Assembly (NCBI GenBank): GCA_047150005.1
Contig: AP038806.1
Span: forward strand, 1,920,001-1,984,000
Direction of reading: 5' to 3'
DNA length: 64,000 nt
From: Nitrospira sp.
Lineage (GTDB): Bacteria; Nitrospirota; Nitrospiria; Nitrospirales; Nitrospiraceae
Under the pieces are notes generated by a model. It did no database searches and was not told where the DNA came from. It saw only the letters and a list, made by a program, of their open reading frames with translations. Positions 27,407 through 36,656 of this stretch are shown one piece after another. How positions within the stretch are numbered: the stretch's first letter is position 1; every line of letters starts with the position of its first letter. Both the position numbers and the translations under genes were made by a program.

Positions 27407-27435
27407 TGTACAAATTCCTACCGGAATAGTCATAT

Positions 27436-27885
27436 ATGAAGGTATCTCTTCGATCTACCTACGGAATTATGGCTGCTGTAGACCTGGCAATGCATAGTGG
27501 AGTCCTTCCGGTTCAGGCGAAATCGATTGCCAAGCGGCAGGGCATTCCTGCGCGCTTTCTCGAACAGGTGCTGCATGCCATGAAGAAAGCCGGATTGGTG
27601 TCCAGCCAACGCGGTGCTCAAGGCGGATACGTGCTATCGAAGAAACCAACGGATCTCTCCGTCGCCGAAGTGCTGGAGGCATTAGATGGCCCCTTCCTCG
27701 CTTCAAGCGGATTGAACGGCCGTTCGCCCTATCAACGGATGACAAAGTCGGAGCTCTTGCTCGCAAAAGTTTGGGAACGAGTTCACGAAGCGGAACGCCA
27801 CGTGTTGGAAGCCATCACCATCGACGAGCTGGCCGGGAAGCAACGCGTGCTCGATCAACAGCGTACCCTTATGTACCACATCTGA
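27436..27885 (+). CDS. Rrf2-family regulator (CymR-like, no Cys ligands)
   Basis: YGIMAAVDLA, FLEQVL, SQRGAQGGYVL; heads the sulfate assimilation genes. Confidence 0.9.
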   Translation: MKVSLRSTYGIMAAVDLAMHSGVLPVQAKSIAKRQGIPARFLEQVLHAMKKAGLVSSQRGAQGGYVLSKKPTDLSVAEVLEALDGPFLASSGLNGRSPYQRMTKSELLLAKVWERVHEAERHVLEAITIDELAGKQRVLDQQRTLMYHI

Positions 27886-27894
27886 GGTTTCATC

Positions 27895-30363
27895 ATGACC
27901 GCCAAGACCCTTACCTCCGCCATCGTCCAGACACACCCGATTCCTCCGGCGATCGCCGACGAGATCGAAACCTTTGAACAGGAAGCGAAGCGTCTGCTGT
28001 CGGGAGAGATGGTCGCCGACCTGTTTAAACCCTTTCGTTTGCAATACGGCATCTACGGGCAGCGGCAGCCCGGCGTGCAGATGGTCCGCATCAAAATCCC
28101 CTTCGGAGGGCTGACCGCGAACCAACTGCGACGCGTGGCCGAACTGGCCGAACGGTATGCCACCGGAGTGGGGCACGTCACCACCAGGCAGGACATCCAA
28201 CTCCACTTCGTGGAACTCAAAGACGTGCCGGACCTTATGCGCGGCCTGGCGGAAGTCGGGTTGACCACTCGGGAGGCCTGCGCCAATACCGTGCGCAACG
28301 TGACGGGCTGCCACCTGGCCGGCGTCTGCCAGGGCGAAGTGTTCGACATCACCCCCTACGCCAAGACGGTCGCCTATCACCTGTTGCGGAACCCGCTGAA
28401 TCAAAGCCTGCCGCGCAAATTCAAGATCGCCTTTTCAGGCTGCAAGCATGACTGCGCCCTGACGCCGATTCACGACATCGGGCTGTTGGCCGCCAAGCGG
28501 GAAGACGGCGCCATCGGGTTTCGCATGGTCGCCGGCGGAGGGCTCGGATCCGCACCTCGCATCGCCCAAGTCCTCCGTGAGTTTACGCCGATGAACGAGT
28601 TGATCCCGAGCATCGAAGCGGTCATCAAGGTCTTCGACACGCTGGGCAACCGAAAAAATCGGAACAAAGCCCGCATGAAATTCGTGATCGACAAGCTCGG
28701 ATTCGCCGAATTCAAGCGTCGCTGGGAAGATGCCTACGTGAGTATGGGGCATGCCCGCCCTGCCGACGAGTCTCTGAGGCTTCTCGAACATGAGGACAAG
28801 CCCACGCCCTTGATCATGCCGGAACCGGTGAAACCGAACGGCGTGTCGGGAAACGGTCGGGTCAACGGCGCGGTGCAGGAAACGCCGTTCGACATGTGGG
28901 AACGCACCAACGTCGTGCGTCAGAAGCAGGCCGGCTATGTGGCGGCGGTCGTCAAGTTATTTATGGGCGATTTGACGGCCGACCAGATGGTGCTTGTGGC
29001 CGATCTCGCGGAACGGTACTCGAACGGCAACATCCGCACCACGATCAATCAAAATATGATCATTCGATGGATCCCGGAACCGGCGATCAGAGCCCTGTAT
29101 GACGAACTGACATCGAAGGGGCTGGCGGATCCCGGTGCGGAATTGGTGGAGGACATCATCGCCTGCCCGGGTACCGACACCTGCGGCCTCGGCATCACGT
29201 CGTCCAAGGGGCTTGCGCGGGCGTTGGCGGAGGTGTTCCCTGCGGGGCGCGTGCCGGAGGACTTGAAAGACGTCAGCGTCAAGATCAGCGGATGCCACAA
29301 TTCGTGCGCGCAACACCACATCGCCACGATCGGGTTGCACGGGGTCGGCAAGCGCATCGGCGACCATACGGCGCCGTTCTATGAATTGCACCTTGGCGGC
29401 AAGGTGAATGGAACGGCTAAAATTGGGCAGATGACGGTAAAACTTCCAGCCAAAGCCGTGTCCGCAGCAATCACCCACCTGATCGACGTATATCGACGCG
29501 ACCGCAAGCCCGGCGAGGGGCTGCCGGCATTCATCGATCGGGTCGGCAAAAACGCCCTCAAAGACGAGTTGATCCCCTATACCATCGTCCCGGCCTTCGA
29601 CGACGACCCCACCTTTTACTATGATTGGGAGGGCGAGGAAGAATTTGTTCTGGAGGATCTTGGACCAGGCGAGTGCGCGGGCGGCGCGCTCGAGATGATC
29701 GAGAACGGGATTCTCGAAGCAGATCAAGAGCTCTATCAAGCCCGGTTGCTGATCGACAATCATCAATATTCCGTATCGGTGAACAAATCGTACCGTGCAG
29801 TCTTGGCCGCCGCCAAGGCGCTCCTGGTGACCGAAGGCCTCGAGCCGTCGACCGATGCAGAAACATTCGGTGAATTCGAACGTCGCATTGCGAGCCACGG
29901 TGTGGTGCCGGCACAATACCGCGAGCTGGGCAAGAAGGTTGGAGATCTGGGGCCGAAGGACACGACGCTGGAATCCGCCAAGGACAAGATGGCGTTTGCG
30001 AAAGGGTTCGTTGATGCCTGCCGTACGGCGACGGATCAGATGGGAAAAGACCTGAAATTGGCGCCGGTGAAGGAAGAGAAGGCTCCGACAGCCCCTGCAT
30101 CGACGAAGCCAGCTGCGCCGGTTCCGACCGGTGCACCGCTGTACGACCTGCGCGGCGTCGCCTGTCCGATGAATTACGTGAAGACGAAGCTGAAGCTGGA
30201 AATGATGGATGCCGGCGAGAAACTCGAAGTCTGGTTGGACGCCGGGGAGCCGATCAAGAACGTACCGATGAGTTTAAAGAACGACGGGCATCTCATCCAT
30301 CTCCAGGAAGCGCTGGAGCCGGAGGCGGCACATTTCCGGATCTTGGTCGAGAAAGTCGAATAG
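27895..30363 (+). CDS. Siroheme sulfite reductase fused to HEPN-like and TusA domains
   Basis: GIYGQRQ, HVTTRQDIQ, LPRKFK, ACPGTDTC and SGCHNSC motifs; HEPN-like SYRAVLAAAKALL; TusA DLRGVACPMN. Confidence 0.88.
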   Translation: MTAKTLTSAIVQTHPIPPAIADEIETFEQEAKRLLSGEMVADLFKPFRLQYGIYGQRQPGVQMVRIKIPFGGLTANQLRRVAELAERYATGVGHVTTRQDIQLHFVELKDVPDLMRGLAEVGLTTREACANTVRNVTGCHLAGVCQGEVFDITPYAKTVAYHLLRNPLNQSLPRKFKIAFSGCKHDCALTPIHDIGLLAAKREDGAIGFRMVAGGGLGSAPRIAQVLREFTPMNELIPSIEAVIKVFDTLGNRKNRNKARMKFVIDKLGFAEFKRRWEDAYVSMGHARPADESLRLLEHEDKPTPLIMPEPVKPNGVSGNGRVNGAVQETPFDMWERTNVVRQKQAGYVAAVVKLFMGDLTADQMVLVADLAERYSNGNIRTTINQNMIIRWIPEPAIRALYDELTSKGLADPGAELVEDIIACPGTDTCGLGITSSKGLARALAEVFPAGRVPEDLKDVSVKISGCHNSCAQHHIATIGLHGVGKRIGDHTAPFYELHLGGKVNGTAKIGQMTVKLPAKAVSAAITHLIDVYRRDRKPGEGLPAFIDRVGKNALKDELIPYTIVPAFDDDPTFYYDWEGEEEFVLEDLGPGECAGGALEMIENGILEADQELYQARLLIDNHQYSVSVNKSYRAVLAAAKALLVTEGLEPSTDAETFGEFERRIASHGVVPAQYRELGKKVGDLGPKDTTLESAKDKMAFAKGFVDACRTATDQMGKDLKLAPVKEEKAPTAPASTKPAAPVPTGAPLYDLRGVACPMNYVKTKLKLEMMDAGEKLEVWLDAGEPIKNVPMSLKNDGHLIHLQEALEPEAAHFRILVEKVE

Positions 30364-30381
30364 GCCGCGGGCGAGCATCGC

Positions 30382-31089
30382 ATGACGCAGGTATCGGCTG
30401 AAGACATACAAGTATGGGGCGACTCGTTCGCGTCGAAGACGCCGCAGGACGTGTTGACTGCCGCGATCAAACGCTATGCACCGAAGATCGTCCTGGCCTG
30501 TAGCTTCGGCGCGGAGGACGTCGTGTTGGTCGACATGGTTCATCGGATCAATCCGTCGGTGCCGTTGTTTTATCTCGACACGGATTTTCTGTTTCCCGAA
30601 ACCTACGCGACGAGGGATCGGCTCACCCATCGATACAACTTGAAGCCGGCGCAAGTGCTGCAAGTAAAATCGCTGTTGACGCCTGAAATCCAGGCAGAAC
30701 GGCACGGAGAAGCCTTGTGGGCCAAAGATCCCGATCAGTGCTGCAAGATCCGGAAAGTGGAGCCCTTGACCAGGGTATTGAAGGACTATGATGCGTGGAT
30801 CACCGGCATCAGGCGTGAGCAGTCTCCGACGCGCGCCAACGCCAAGTTGATCGAATGGGACAACACCTTTGGGTTGATCAAGATCAACCCGTTGGCGAAA
30901 TGGACCTGGGCCGATGTCTGGGCCTACATCAAAGTCTACGAAGTGCCGTACAACGAATTGCACGATCGCAACTATCCCAGCATCGGCTGCACGCACTGTA
31001 CGAAGCCGGTGATGCCCGGGGAAGATCCTCGATCCGGCCGATGGCAGGGGCGCGAGAAAACGGAGTGCGGGCTCCATAAGGCCTCCTGA
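30382..31089 (+). CDS. cysH: APS/PAPS reductase ([4Fe-4S] APS-type)
   Basis: SFGAED, CCKIRKVEPL, YPSIGCTHCT, RSGRW, KTECGLH. Confidence 0.95.
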   Translation: MTQVSAEDIQVWGDSFASKTPQDVLTAAIKRYAPKIVLACSFGAEDVVLVDMVHRINPSVPLFYLDTDFLFPETYATRDRLTHRYNLKPAQVLQVKSLLTPEIQAERHGEALWAKDPDQCCKIRKVEPLTRVLKDYDAWITGIRREQSPTRANAKLIEWDNTFGLIKINPLAKWTWADVWAYIKVYEVPYNELHDRNYPSIGCTHCTKPVMPGEDPRSGRWQGREKTECGLHKAS

Positions 31090-32141
31090 TGTCGATGCAC
31101 GAGATCATCGCGAAAATCGCCAAGGGGCAGAAAGCCTCCAAAGACCTCACGTGGGACGAGGCCAAGCGGGCCATGAAAGCGCTTATAGAGGGACAGGCCA
31201 CTCCCGTACAGGTCGGTGCGTTTCTGGTTGCGATGCGCGTGAAAATGGAGTCGGTCACCGAGCTCGCGGCGTTCACCGCGACCGCTCGTTCATATGTGGC
31301 GCCGGTCCCGGTGCCACAAGAACTCGGCGTGGTGGACCTGCCGAGTTACGCCGGCAAACAGGATACGTTTCATGCGCTTGCCGGGGCGGCGATCGTGGCG
31401 GCGGCGGCTGGGGCGGCTGTACTCATGCACGGATACGACGGGGTACCAGGCCGGCCGGGCCAAGCGGGTGTCCTGGAGGCCTTGGGCGTGCCGATCGATC
31501 TGGATGCGAAAGCTGCCGGAGAGGCCGTGACGAAACAAGGGTTCGCCTACCTGGATATCGGTCTCTACCATCCTCCGCTCTATCGATTTCTTGAGTTGCG
31601 GCGGGAACTCGGCGTGCGAAACGTGTTTCATCCGGTTGCACGATTGCTCAACCCGGCCCGTAGTCGTTCTCAGGTGATCGGACTAACCCACCCGCCCTAT
31701 TTCGAGAAGACCGCGGAGGCGCTTCGGATGTTGGGCGCACCGAGGGCACTCGTGATCCGGGGGGTCGAAGGTGACCCGGAATTGTCGATTGCGATGGTGA
31801 CCAAGGTCTTGGAGCTGCGTGACGATCGGATCACTCCTCTGACCCTCGCGCCGAAAGATGTGGGGTTGAGTCTCGGAACATCGCGCGATATGGGAGGGTT
31901 CCCACCTGAGCAGCGGGACAAGGAGGGACTGCTCCTCCGCCGAATCCTGCACAATCAGGTACAGGGAGGCGCTCGCGATTGGGTGCTGTACAACGCCGCG
32001 ATGTTGCTCTATGCCGCGGGGAAAGAATCCTCGCTCGCCGCCTGCGTTCCGCGGGCGCGACGGGCCCTTGAAGACGGCGCTGCGGCGCGAAAGCTCGAAA
32101 CGCTCAGCCGGCAACCGATCGCCGCGGCTTCCACCGGTTGA
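31089..32141 (+). CDS. TrpD2/YbiB-like anthranilate phosphoribosyltransferase homologue
   Basis: DLTWDEA..QVGAFLVAMR, LRRELGVRNVF..LLNP; has PSYAG instead of the TrpD GTGGD motif. Confidence 0.75.
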   Translation: MSMHEIIAKIAKGQKASKDLTWDEAKRAMKALIEGQATPVQVGAFLVAMRVKMESVTELAAFTATARSYVAPVPVPQELGVVDLPSYAGKQDTFHALAGAAIVAAAAGAAVLMHGYDGVPGRPGQAGVLEALGVPIDLDAKAAGEAVTKQGFAYLDIGLYHPPLYRFLELRRELGVRNVFHPVARLLNPARSRSQVIGLTHPPYFEKTAEALRMLGAPRALVIRGVEGDPELSIAMVTKVLELRDDRITPLTLAPKDVGLSLGTSRDMGGFPPEQRDKEGLLLRRILHNQVQGGARDWVLYNAAMLLYAAGKESSLAACVPRARRALEDGAAARKLETLSRQPIAAASTG

Positions 32142-32168
32142 CGTGTATTTGACGAGGGGGATCGATCC

Positions 32169-32966
32169 GTGAAGCATCTGCGTCAGCTTGAAGATCAAAG
32201 CGTCTACATTCTTCGCGAAGCGTACAAGCATTTCGACAACCTCGCCATGCTTTGGTCGATGGGGAAGGACTCGACCGTCCTGTTATGGTTGGCCCGCAAA
32301 GCCTTCTTCGGCCATGTCCCCTTTCCGCTCCTGCATGTGGACACCAGCTACAAGATTCCCGCCATGATCGAGTATCGGGACCGATTGGCGCGCGAATGGC
32401 ATCTCAACCTCGTCGTCGGGCAAAACAAGGAAGCGCTGGCTGCCGGCATGAATCACACGCTGGGTCGCGTGACCTGCTGCACGGCGCTCAAGACGAACGG
32501 CCTGAAGCAGCTTCTCGAGCAAAAGGGCTACACGGGCGTGATTCTCGGCGTTCGGGCGGATGAAGAGGGAACCAGGGCGAAAGAGCGCTACTTCTCGCCG
32601 CGGGACAAGCACGGAGACTGGGATTTTCGGGATCAGCCGCCCGAGCTATGGGACCAGTTCAAGACGACCTTTCCGCCCGGGACCCATATCCGCATCCACC
32701 CCCTGTTGGATTGGACGGAGATCAACATTTGGGAATACATCAAGCTGGAAAATATCCCGTTCATCGACTTGTACCTCGACAAGGGCGATGGCTCCCGATA
32801 TCGGAGCCTCGGATGCGCCCCCTGCACGACGCCGATCAAATCGACCGCCAAGAACGTGGACGACATCATCGAGGAACTCCGCCACACGACGGTGGCGGAG
32901 CGGTCCGGTCGCGCGCAGGACGAGGGACGCGGGATGGAGTTGCTTCGTAAAGACGGATACATGTGA
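32169..32966 (+). CDS. cysD: Sulfate adenylyltransferase subunit 2
   Basis: [40 protein letters not shown]. Confidence 0.95.
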   Translation: MKHLRQLEDQSVYILREAYKHFDNLAMLWSMGKDSTVLLWLARKAFFGHVPFPLLHVDTSYKIPAMIEYRDRLAREWHLNLVVGQNKEALAAGMNHTLGRVTCCTALKTNGLKQLLEQKGYTGVILGVRADEEGTRAKERYFSPRDKHGDWDFRDQPPELWDQFKTTFPPGTHIRIHPLLDWTEINIWEYIKLENIPFIDLYLDKGDGSRYRSLGCAPCTTPIKSTAKNVDDIIEELRHTTVAERSGRAQDEGRGMELLRKDGYM

Positions 32967-33003
32967 TCCAGACGCTCCGATCAGCAGAGGAGTTTCCCGC
33001 ACG

Positions 33004-34848
33004 ATGATGTCCCATTCATCCAAGCCGTCCGAGCACCTCAATATTGTCATCGTCGGCCACGTCGATCACGGAAAGTCGACGCTGCTCGGCCGACTCTACG
33101 CGGATACGGGATCACTTCCGGACGGCAAGCTGGAAAAGGTGCAGGCGATCTGCCGGCAGCAAGGCAAGGAGTTCGAGTACGCATTTCTGTTCGACGCCTT
33201 TCTCGAGGAGCAGGAACAGGGAATCACGATCGATACCGCGCGCACATTTTTCATCTGGCAAGGCCGCCAGTACATCATCATCGATGCGCCGGGGCACAAG
33301 GAATTTCTGAAGAACATGATTTCGGGAGCCGCTCGGGCGGAAGCCGCCCTGCTCCTGATCGACGCACTCGAAGGCGTGAAAGAACAGTCCAAGAAACACG
33401 GCTACCTGCTGTCGCTCCTCGGGGTGCGTCAGTTCGCGGTCGTCGTCAACAAGATGGACCTGGTCGGCTATCGGCAGGATGTTTTCGACGGGATCGAGAA
33501 GGAATATCGTGAATTTCTGAGCCAGTTCGGGGCCGTGCCGGAACGGGTCATACCGGTCAGCGCGAAAATGGGCGACAACATCGCCAAACGCAGCCCGGCC
33601 ATGCCCTGGTACGAGGGCCCTACCGTACTGGACACGCTGCACCTGTTCAAGAAGGAAACGGCTCGGTCCGAACAGCCGCTCCGGTTTCCGATCCAGGACG
33701 TCTACAAGTTCGATGCGCGGCGGATCGTCACCGGCCGCATCACGGCGGGCCGGCTGAAGATCGGGGACCACCTGGTCTTCTCTCCCTCGAACAAGCGCGC
33801 CAACATCCGATCCGTCGAAGCGTTTAATATCGAGCCGTCACCGACCGGTGGGGAAGCCGGTCAATCGGTTGGCATCACCCTGGACGAGCAGATTTTCATC
33901 GAGCGAGGCGAAATTGCGACCCATCAATCGCAATTGCCGCTGGTGTCGACGGCCTTTCGCGCCAATCTGTTCTGGTTGGGCCGGCGTCCTCTGGAAAAAG
34001 GTCGCAAATACCTTCTGCGTGTCGCGACAAAGGAAGTGGATTGCGAGATCGCCGTGATCCACAAGATCATCGACACCATGGATTTGGCGCAGCAGCAGGA
34101 CAGTACGACGGTGGCGAGAAATCAGGTGGCGGAATTGACGGTGAGGACGAAGGCCCCGGTCGCGTTCGACTTGTCGTCCTCCTTTGAAGCCACCGGCCGG
34201 TTCGTCTTGGTGGACGAGTACGACATCGCGGGCGGCGGGATCGTCACGGAAGTGGTCCACGACGATCAGGAGTTCCTGCGCGAAGAAGCCCGGCGGCGGG
34301 ATTTCGCCTGGGTCAAGGGGGAAGTCGGGATCGAGGAACGGGCGCAACAGTACGGCCATCGGGCGGCAATCGTCCTGGTCACCGGAGGGCGGCATACCGG
34401 CAAGTCCTTTCTGGCCAAGAAACTGGAGGGCCGCCTCGTGGCAGATGGGCGGCATGCCTATCTGCTCGATGGAGAAAATCTCCGCCGGGGTCTCGATGCC
34501 GACCTCTCGGAGCACGAGCGAGGGCAAACGACCGAGATGGCTCGCCGATACGGAGAAGTGGCGCGGTTGCTCATCGATACGGGTTTGATCGTCGTCTCCA
34601 CGACCAATCCGTTCGGGATGGGCTATGCCGAAGCCGCGCAGGCCATCAGAACGCTGGTGCATCCGGCGCCGGTCATTGCCGTGCACATGAGCAAGGTGCC
34701 CGAGGAGGCGCCGGCTGGAACGGATATCGTCTTGACAGGACCCGCGGATTTCGATGAGGCGACTCGCCGGATCATCGAAGAGTTGAAACGCCGTGGGGTT
34801 TTGGCGCACGCCATTGGAGCCAAGCCGACGTTTCAATATTCGATTTAG
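33004..34848 (+). CDS. cysN: Sulfate adenylyltransferase subunit 1 with degenerate APS-kinase domain
   Basis: GHVDHGKST, GITID, DAPGH and NKMD GTPase motifs; C-terminal CysC-like YLLDGENLRRGL. Confidence 0.92.
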   Translation: MMSHSSKPSEHLNIVIVGHVDHGKSTLLGRLYADTGSLPDGKLEKVQAICRQQGKEFEYAFLFDAFLEEQEQGITIDTARTFFIWQGRQYIIIDAPGHKEFLKNMISGAARAEAALLLIDALEGVKEQSKKHGYLLSLLGVRQFAVVVNKMDLVGYRQDVFDGIEKEYREFLSQFGAVPERVIPVSAKMGDNIAKRSPAMPWYEGPTVLDTLHLFKKETARSEQPLRFPIQDVYKFDARRIVTGRITAGRLKIGDHLVFSPSNKRANIRSVEAFNIEPSPTGGEAGQSVGITLDEQIFIERGEIATHQSQLPLVSTAFRANLFWLGRRPLEKGRKYLLRVATKEVDCEIAVIHKIIDTMDLAQQQDSTTVARNQVAELTVRTKAPVAFDLSSSFEATGRFVLVDEYDIAGGGIVTEVVHDDQEFLREEARRRDFAWVKGEVGIEERAQQYGHRAAIVLVTGGRHTGKSFLAKKLEGRLVADGRHAYLLDGENLRRGLDADLSEHERGQTTEMARRYGEVARLLIDTGLIVVSTTNPFGMGYAEAAQAIRTLVHPAPVIAVHMSKVPEEAPAGTDIVLTGPADFDEATRRIIEELKRRGVLAHAIGAKPTFQYSI

Positions 34849-34960
34849 GATACCGGAACTGGTCGTCGAGTGCCTCTGCAGGCGGTTGGTTTGACTCTCC
34901 GGAAACCCTTATGTTACCGTATCTTCTCGCGATATCCGCAGGTTTGACGAGGTGGTCGAT

Positions 34961-35881
34961 ATGCCTTCCGAAAAGGATTTGAAGTCGATTCTCGGTAAGC
35001 TTCGGTACTCCGACGACGCCAAAGTCGTGCAGCAAATCACCGAGCAGATGCAGCAGGTGCAGGCCAGAATGGCCGGGGTCAAGCACAAGCTTGTGGTCAT
35101 GAGCGGCAAGGGCGGCGTGGGCAAGAGCATGACCACGGTCAACCTGGCGCTGGCATTGGCTCGACAGCACAGCCGTGTCGGCCTTCTTGATGTGGATTTA
35201 AATGGACCCTGTGTCCCCCGCATGCTCGGCCTTCATGGCCAGTCGCTCACCATGACCGCCGAGGGGGCGGTTCCACCCATCGGGCCGTTGGGTATCAAAG
35301 TCGCGTCGATGGACTTCTTTCTTGGCGCTGCGTCTCCGGTGAGATGGAAAGGCCCCATGGATGTCAGTCCGGTCTGGTTGGGCCTGATGGAAATGAACGT
35401 CATTCGAGAGTTCTTGGCCGACGTCGTCTGGGGAGAATTGGACTATCTCCTTGCGGATCTCCCGCCCGGTGCCGCCGCGGACAAGCCGCCTGTTATTGCC
35501 GGTTTCATTCCTGATTTGGCTGGTGCGGTCGTGGTGACGACTCCATCGGAGGTCGCGTCCGATGTCGTCCAGAAATCCGTCACCTATGCCCGGGACATGG
35601 GGATCAAGGTCTTGGGCATCGTCGAAAACATGAGCGAATACCGTTGCCCGTCCTGCGGGGAACAAAACGAATTGTTCGAAGGCAACACCGAAGCCATGTG
35701 CGAAGTGTTGGATCTCCCCCTTCTCGGCCGTATCCCTTTCGACCGGAAACTTGCCCGCACCTTCGATAAGGGCGAACCGTTGCTGGACGAGACGTATCCG
35801 ACCATCCAGCGTTACCAGGAAATCGCGGGGCGCATTCGAACGTTGCTGGATTACAAGAAGGTCTTGGCCGAAAAACTATGA
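34961..35881 (+). CDS. Mrp/NBP35 (ApbC-like) Fe-S carrier ATPase
   Basis: SGKGGVGKS, WGELDYL..DLPPG, GIVENMS..CPSCG. Confidence 0.9.
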   Translation: MPSEKDLKSILGKLRYSDDAKVVQQITEQMQQVQARMAGVKHKLVVMSGKGGVGKSMTTVNLALALARQHSRVGLLDVDLNGPCVPRMLGLHGQSLTMTAEGAVPPIGPLGIKVASMDFFLGAASPVRWKGPMDVSPVWLGLMEMNVIREFLADVVWGELDYLLADLPPGAAADKPPVIAGFIPDLAGAVVVTTPSEVASDVVQKSVTYARDMGIKVLGIVENMSEYRCPSCGEQNELFEGNTEAMCEVLDLPLLGRIPFDRKLARTFDKGEPLLDETYPTIQRYQEIAGRIRTLLDYKKVLAEKL

Positions 35882-35903
35882 CGCTCATCCAAGAGGAGAT
35901 GCC

Positions 35904-36656
35904 ATGAAATTCGTGTGTCTCAACTGCGAAACCTATATGAACTTCGAAAAGGTCGAAAAGCCCGGGGAAGGGTCTCTCGGGGTGTTTTTCGGCTGCCCGT
36001 CCTGCGGCGCGAAATTTTCGATGGTGACCAATCCAGGCGAAACGCAAATGGTCAGTTCGTTGGGGGTGAAATTGGGCGGAAGAACCGTCGCGCCGGAACC
36101 GTTCGAAATGACCCGTGGGACGCTGAAGGATGAAGCCTTGGCTGGGTCCGGCCAGATGGCAGCGTACTTGAATGAGAAGATTCAGGGAGGACAGCCGGTT
36201 GCCGCGTCGCCTGCTGCTCCCAAGAGCGGCGACAAGACGGGAGGCAGTGGCTGCCCGTTTTCCGCGATGGTGGCTGAAATGGGGCTCACGTCCTCCGGCA
36301 AGCCGGCCAACGGCGCGTCGGCGCACTCGGAGTTCACCTGGACGGCCGATGCCAAGGAAAAACTCGACCGGCTCCCGGCTTTCGTCAAACCGATGGTTCA
36401 GAGCAGCGTGGAAGCCTATGCCAGAAAGCAAGGCTATACGACCATCACGCTGCAAGTAATGGACGATTCCAAGAACGACTCACCCAACGGCATTGCCTGG
36501 ACGCCTGAAGCGGAGCAGCGGCTCGACAACATCCCAGACTTCATCCGTCCGATGGCCCGCAAGGAAATCGAACGGCTGGCCAAAGAGCGCGGCGTTGCGA
36601 CGATCACGGCGCAAGTGATGGACGACGCTAAAGACAAGTTCATGAAATTCATGTAG
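35904..36656 (+). CDS. Zn-ribbon + tandem PCP_red (BchB C-terminal-like) domain protein
   Basis: CLNC...CPSC, GCPF; two W-T-x-x-A-x-x-x-L-x-x-(I/L)P-x-F...IT repeats; GAGGAG RBS. Confidence 0.75.
   Translation: MKFVCLNCETYMNFEKVEKPGEGSLGVFFGCPSCGAKFSMVTNPGETQMVSSLGVKLGGRTVAPEPFEMTRGTLKDEALAGSGQMAAYLNEKIQGGQPVAASPAAPKSGDKTGGSGCPFSAMVAEMGLTSSGKPANGASAHSEFTWTADAKEKLDRLPAFVKPMVQSSVEAYARKQGYTTITLQVMDDSKNDSPNGIAWTPEAEQRLDNIPDFIRPMARKEIERLAKERGVATITAQVMDDAKDKFMKFM

Noticed and set aside
29660..30060. HEPN toxin or defence nuclease
   Set aside because: No RxxxxH motif or nucleotidyltransferase partner is visible, and the domain is fused within a metabolic enzyme.
32560..33003. N-terminal extension of CysN in the ORF track
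   Set aside because: It overlaps cysD in another frame. The real start is ATG 33004/33007 after GAGGAG.
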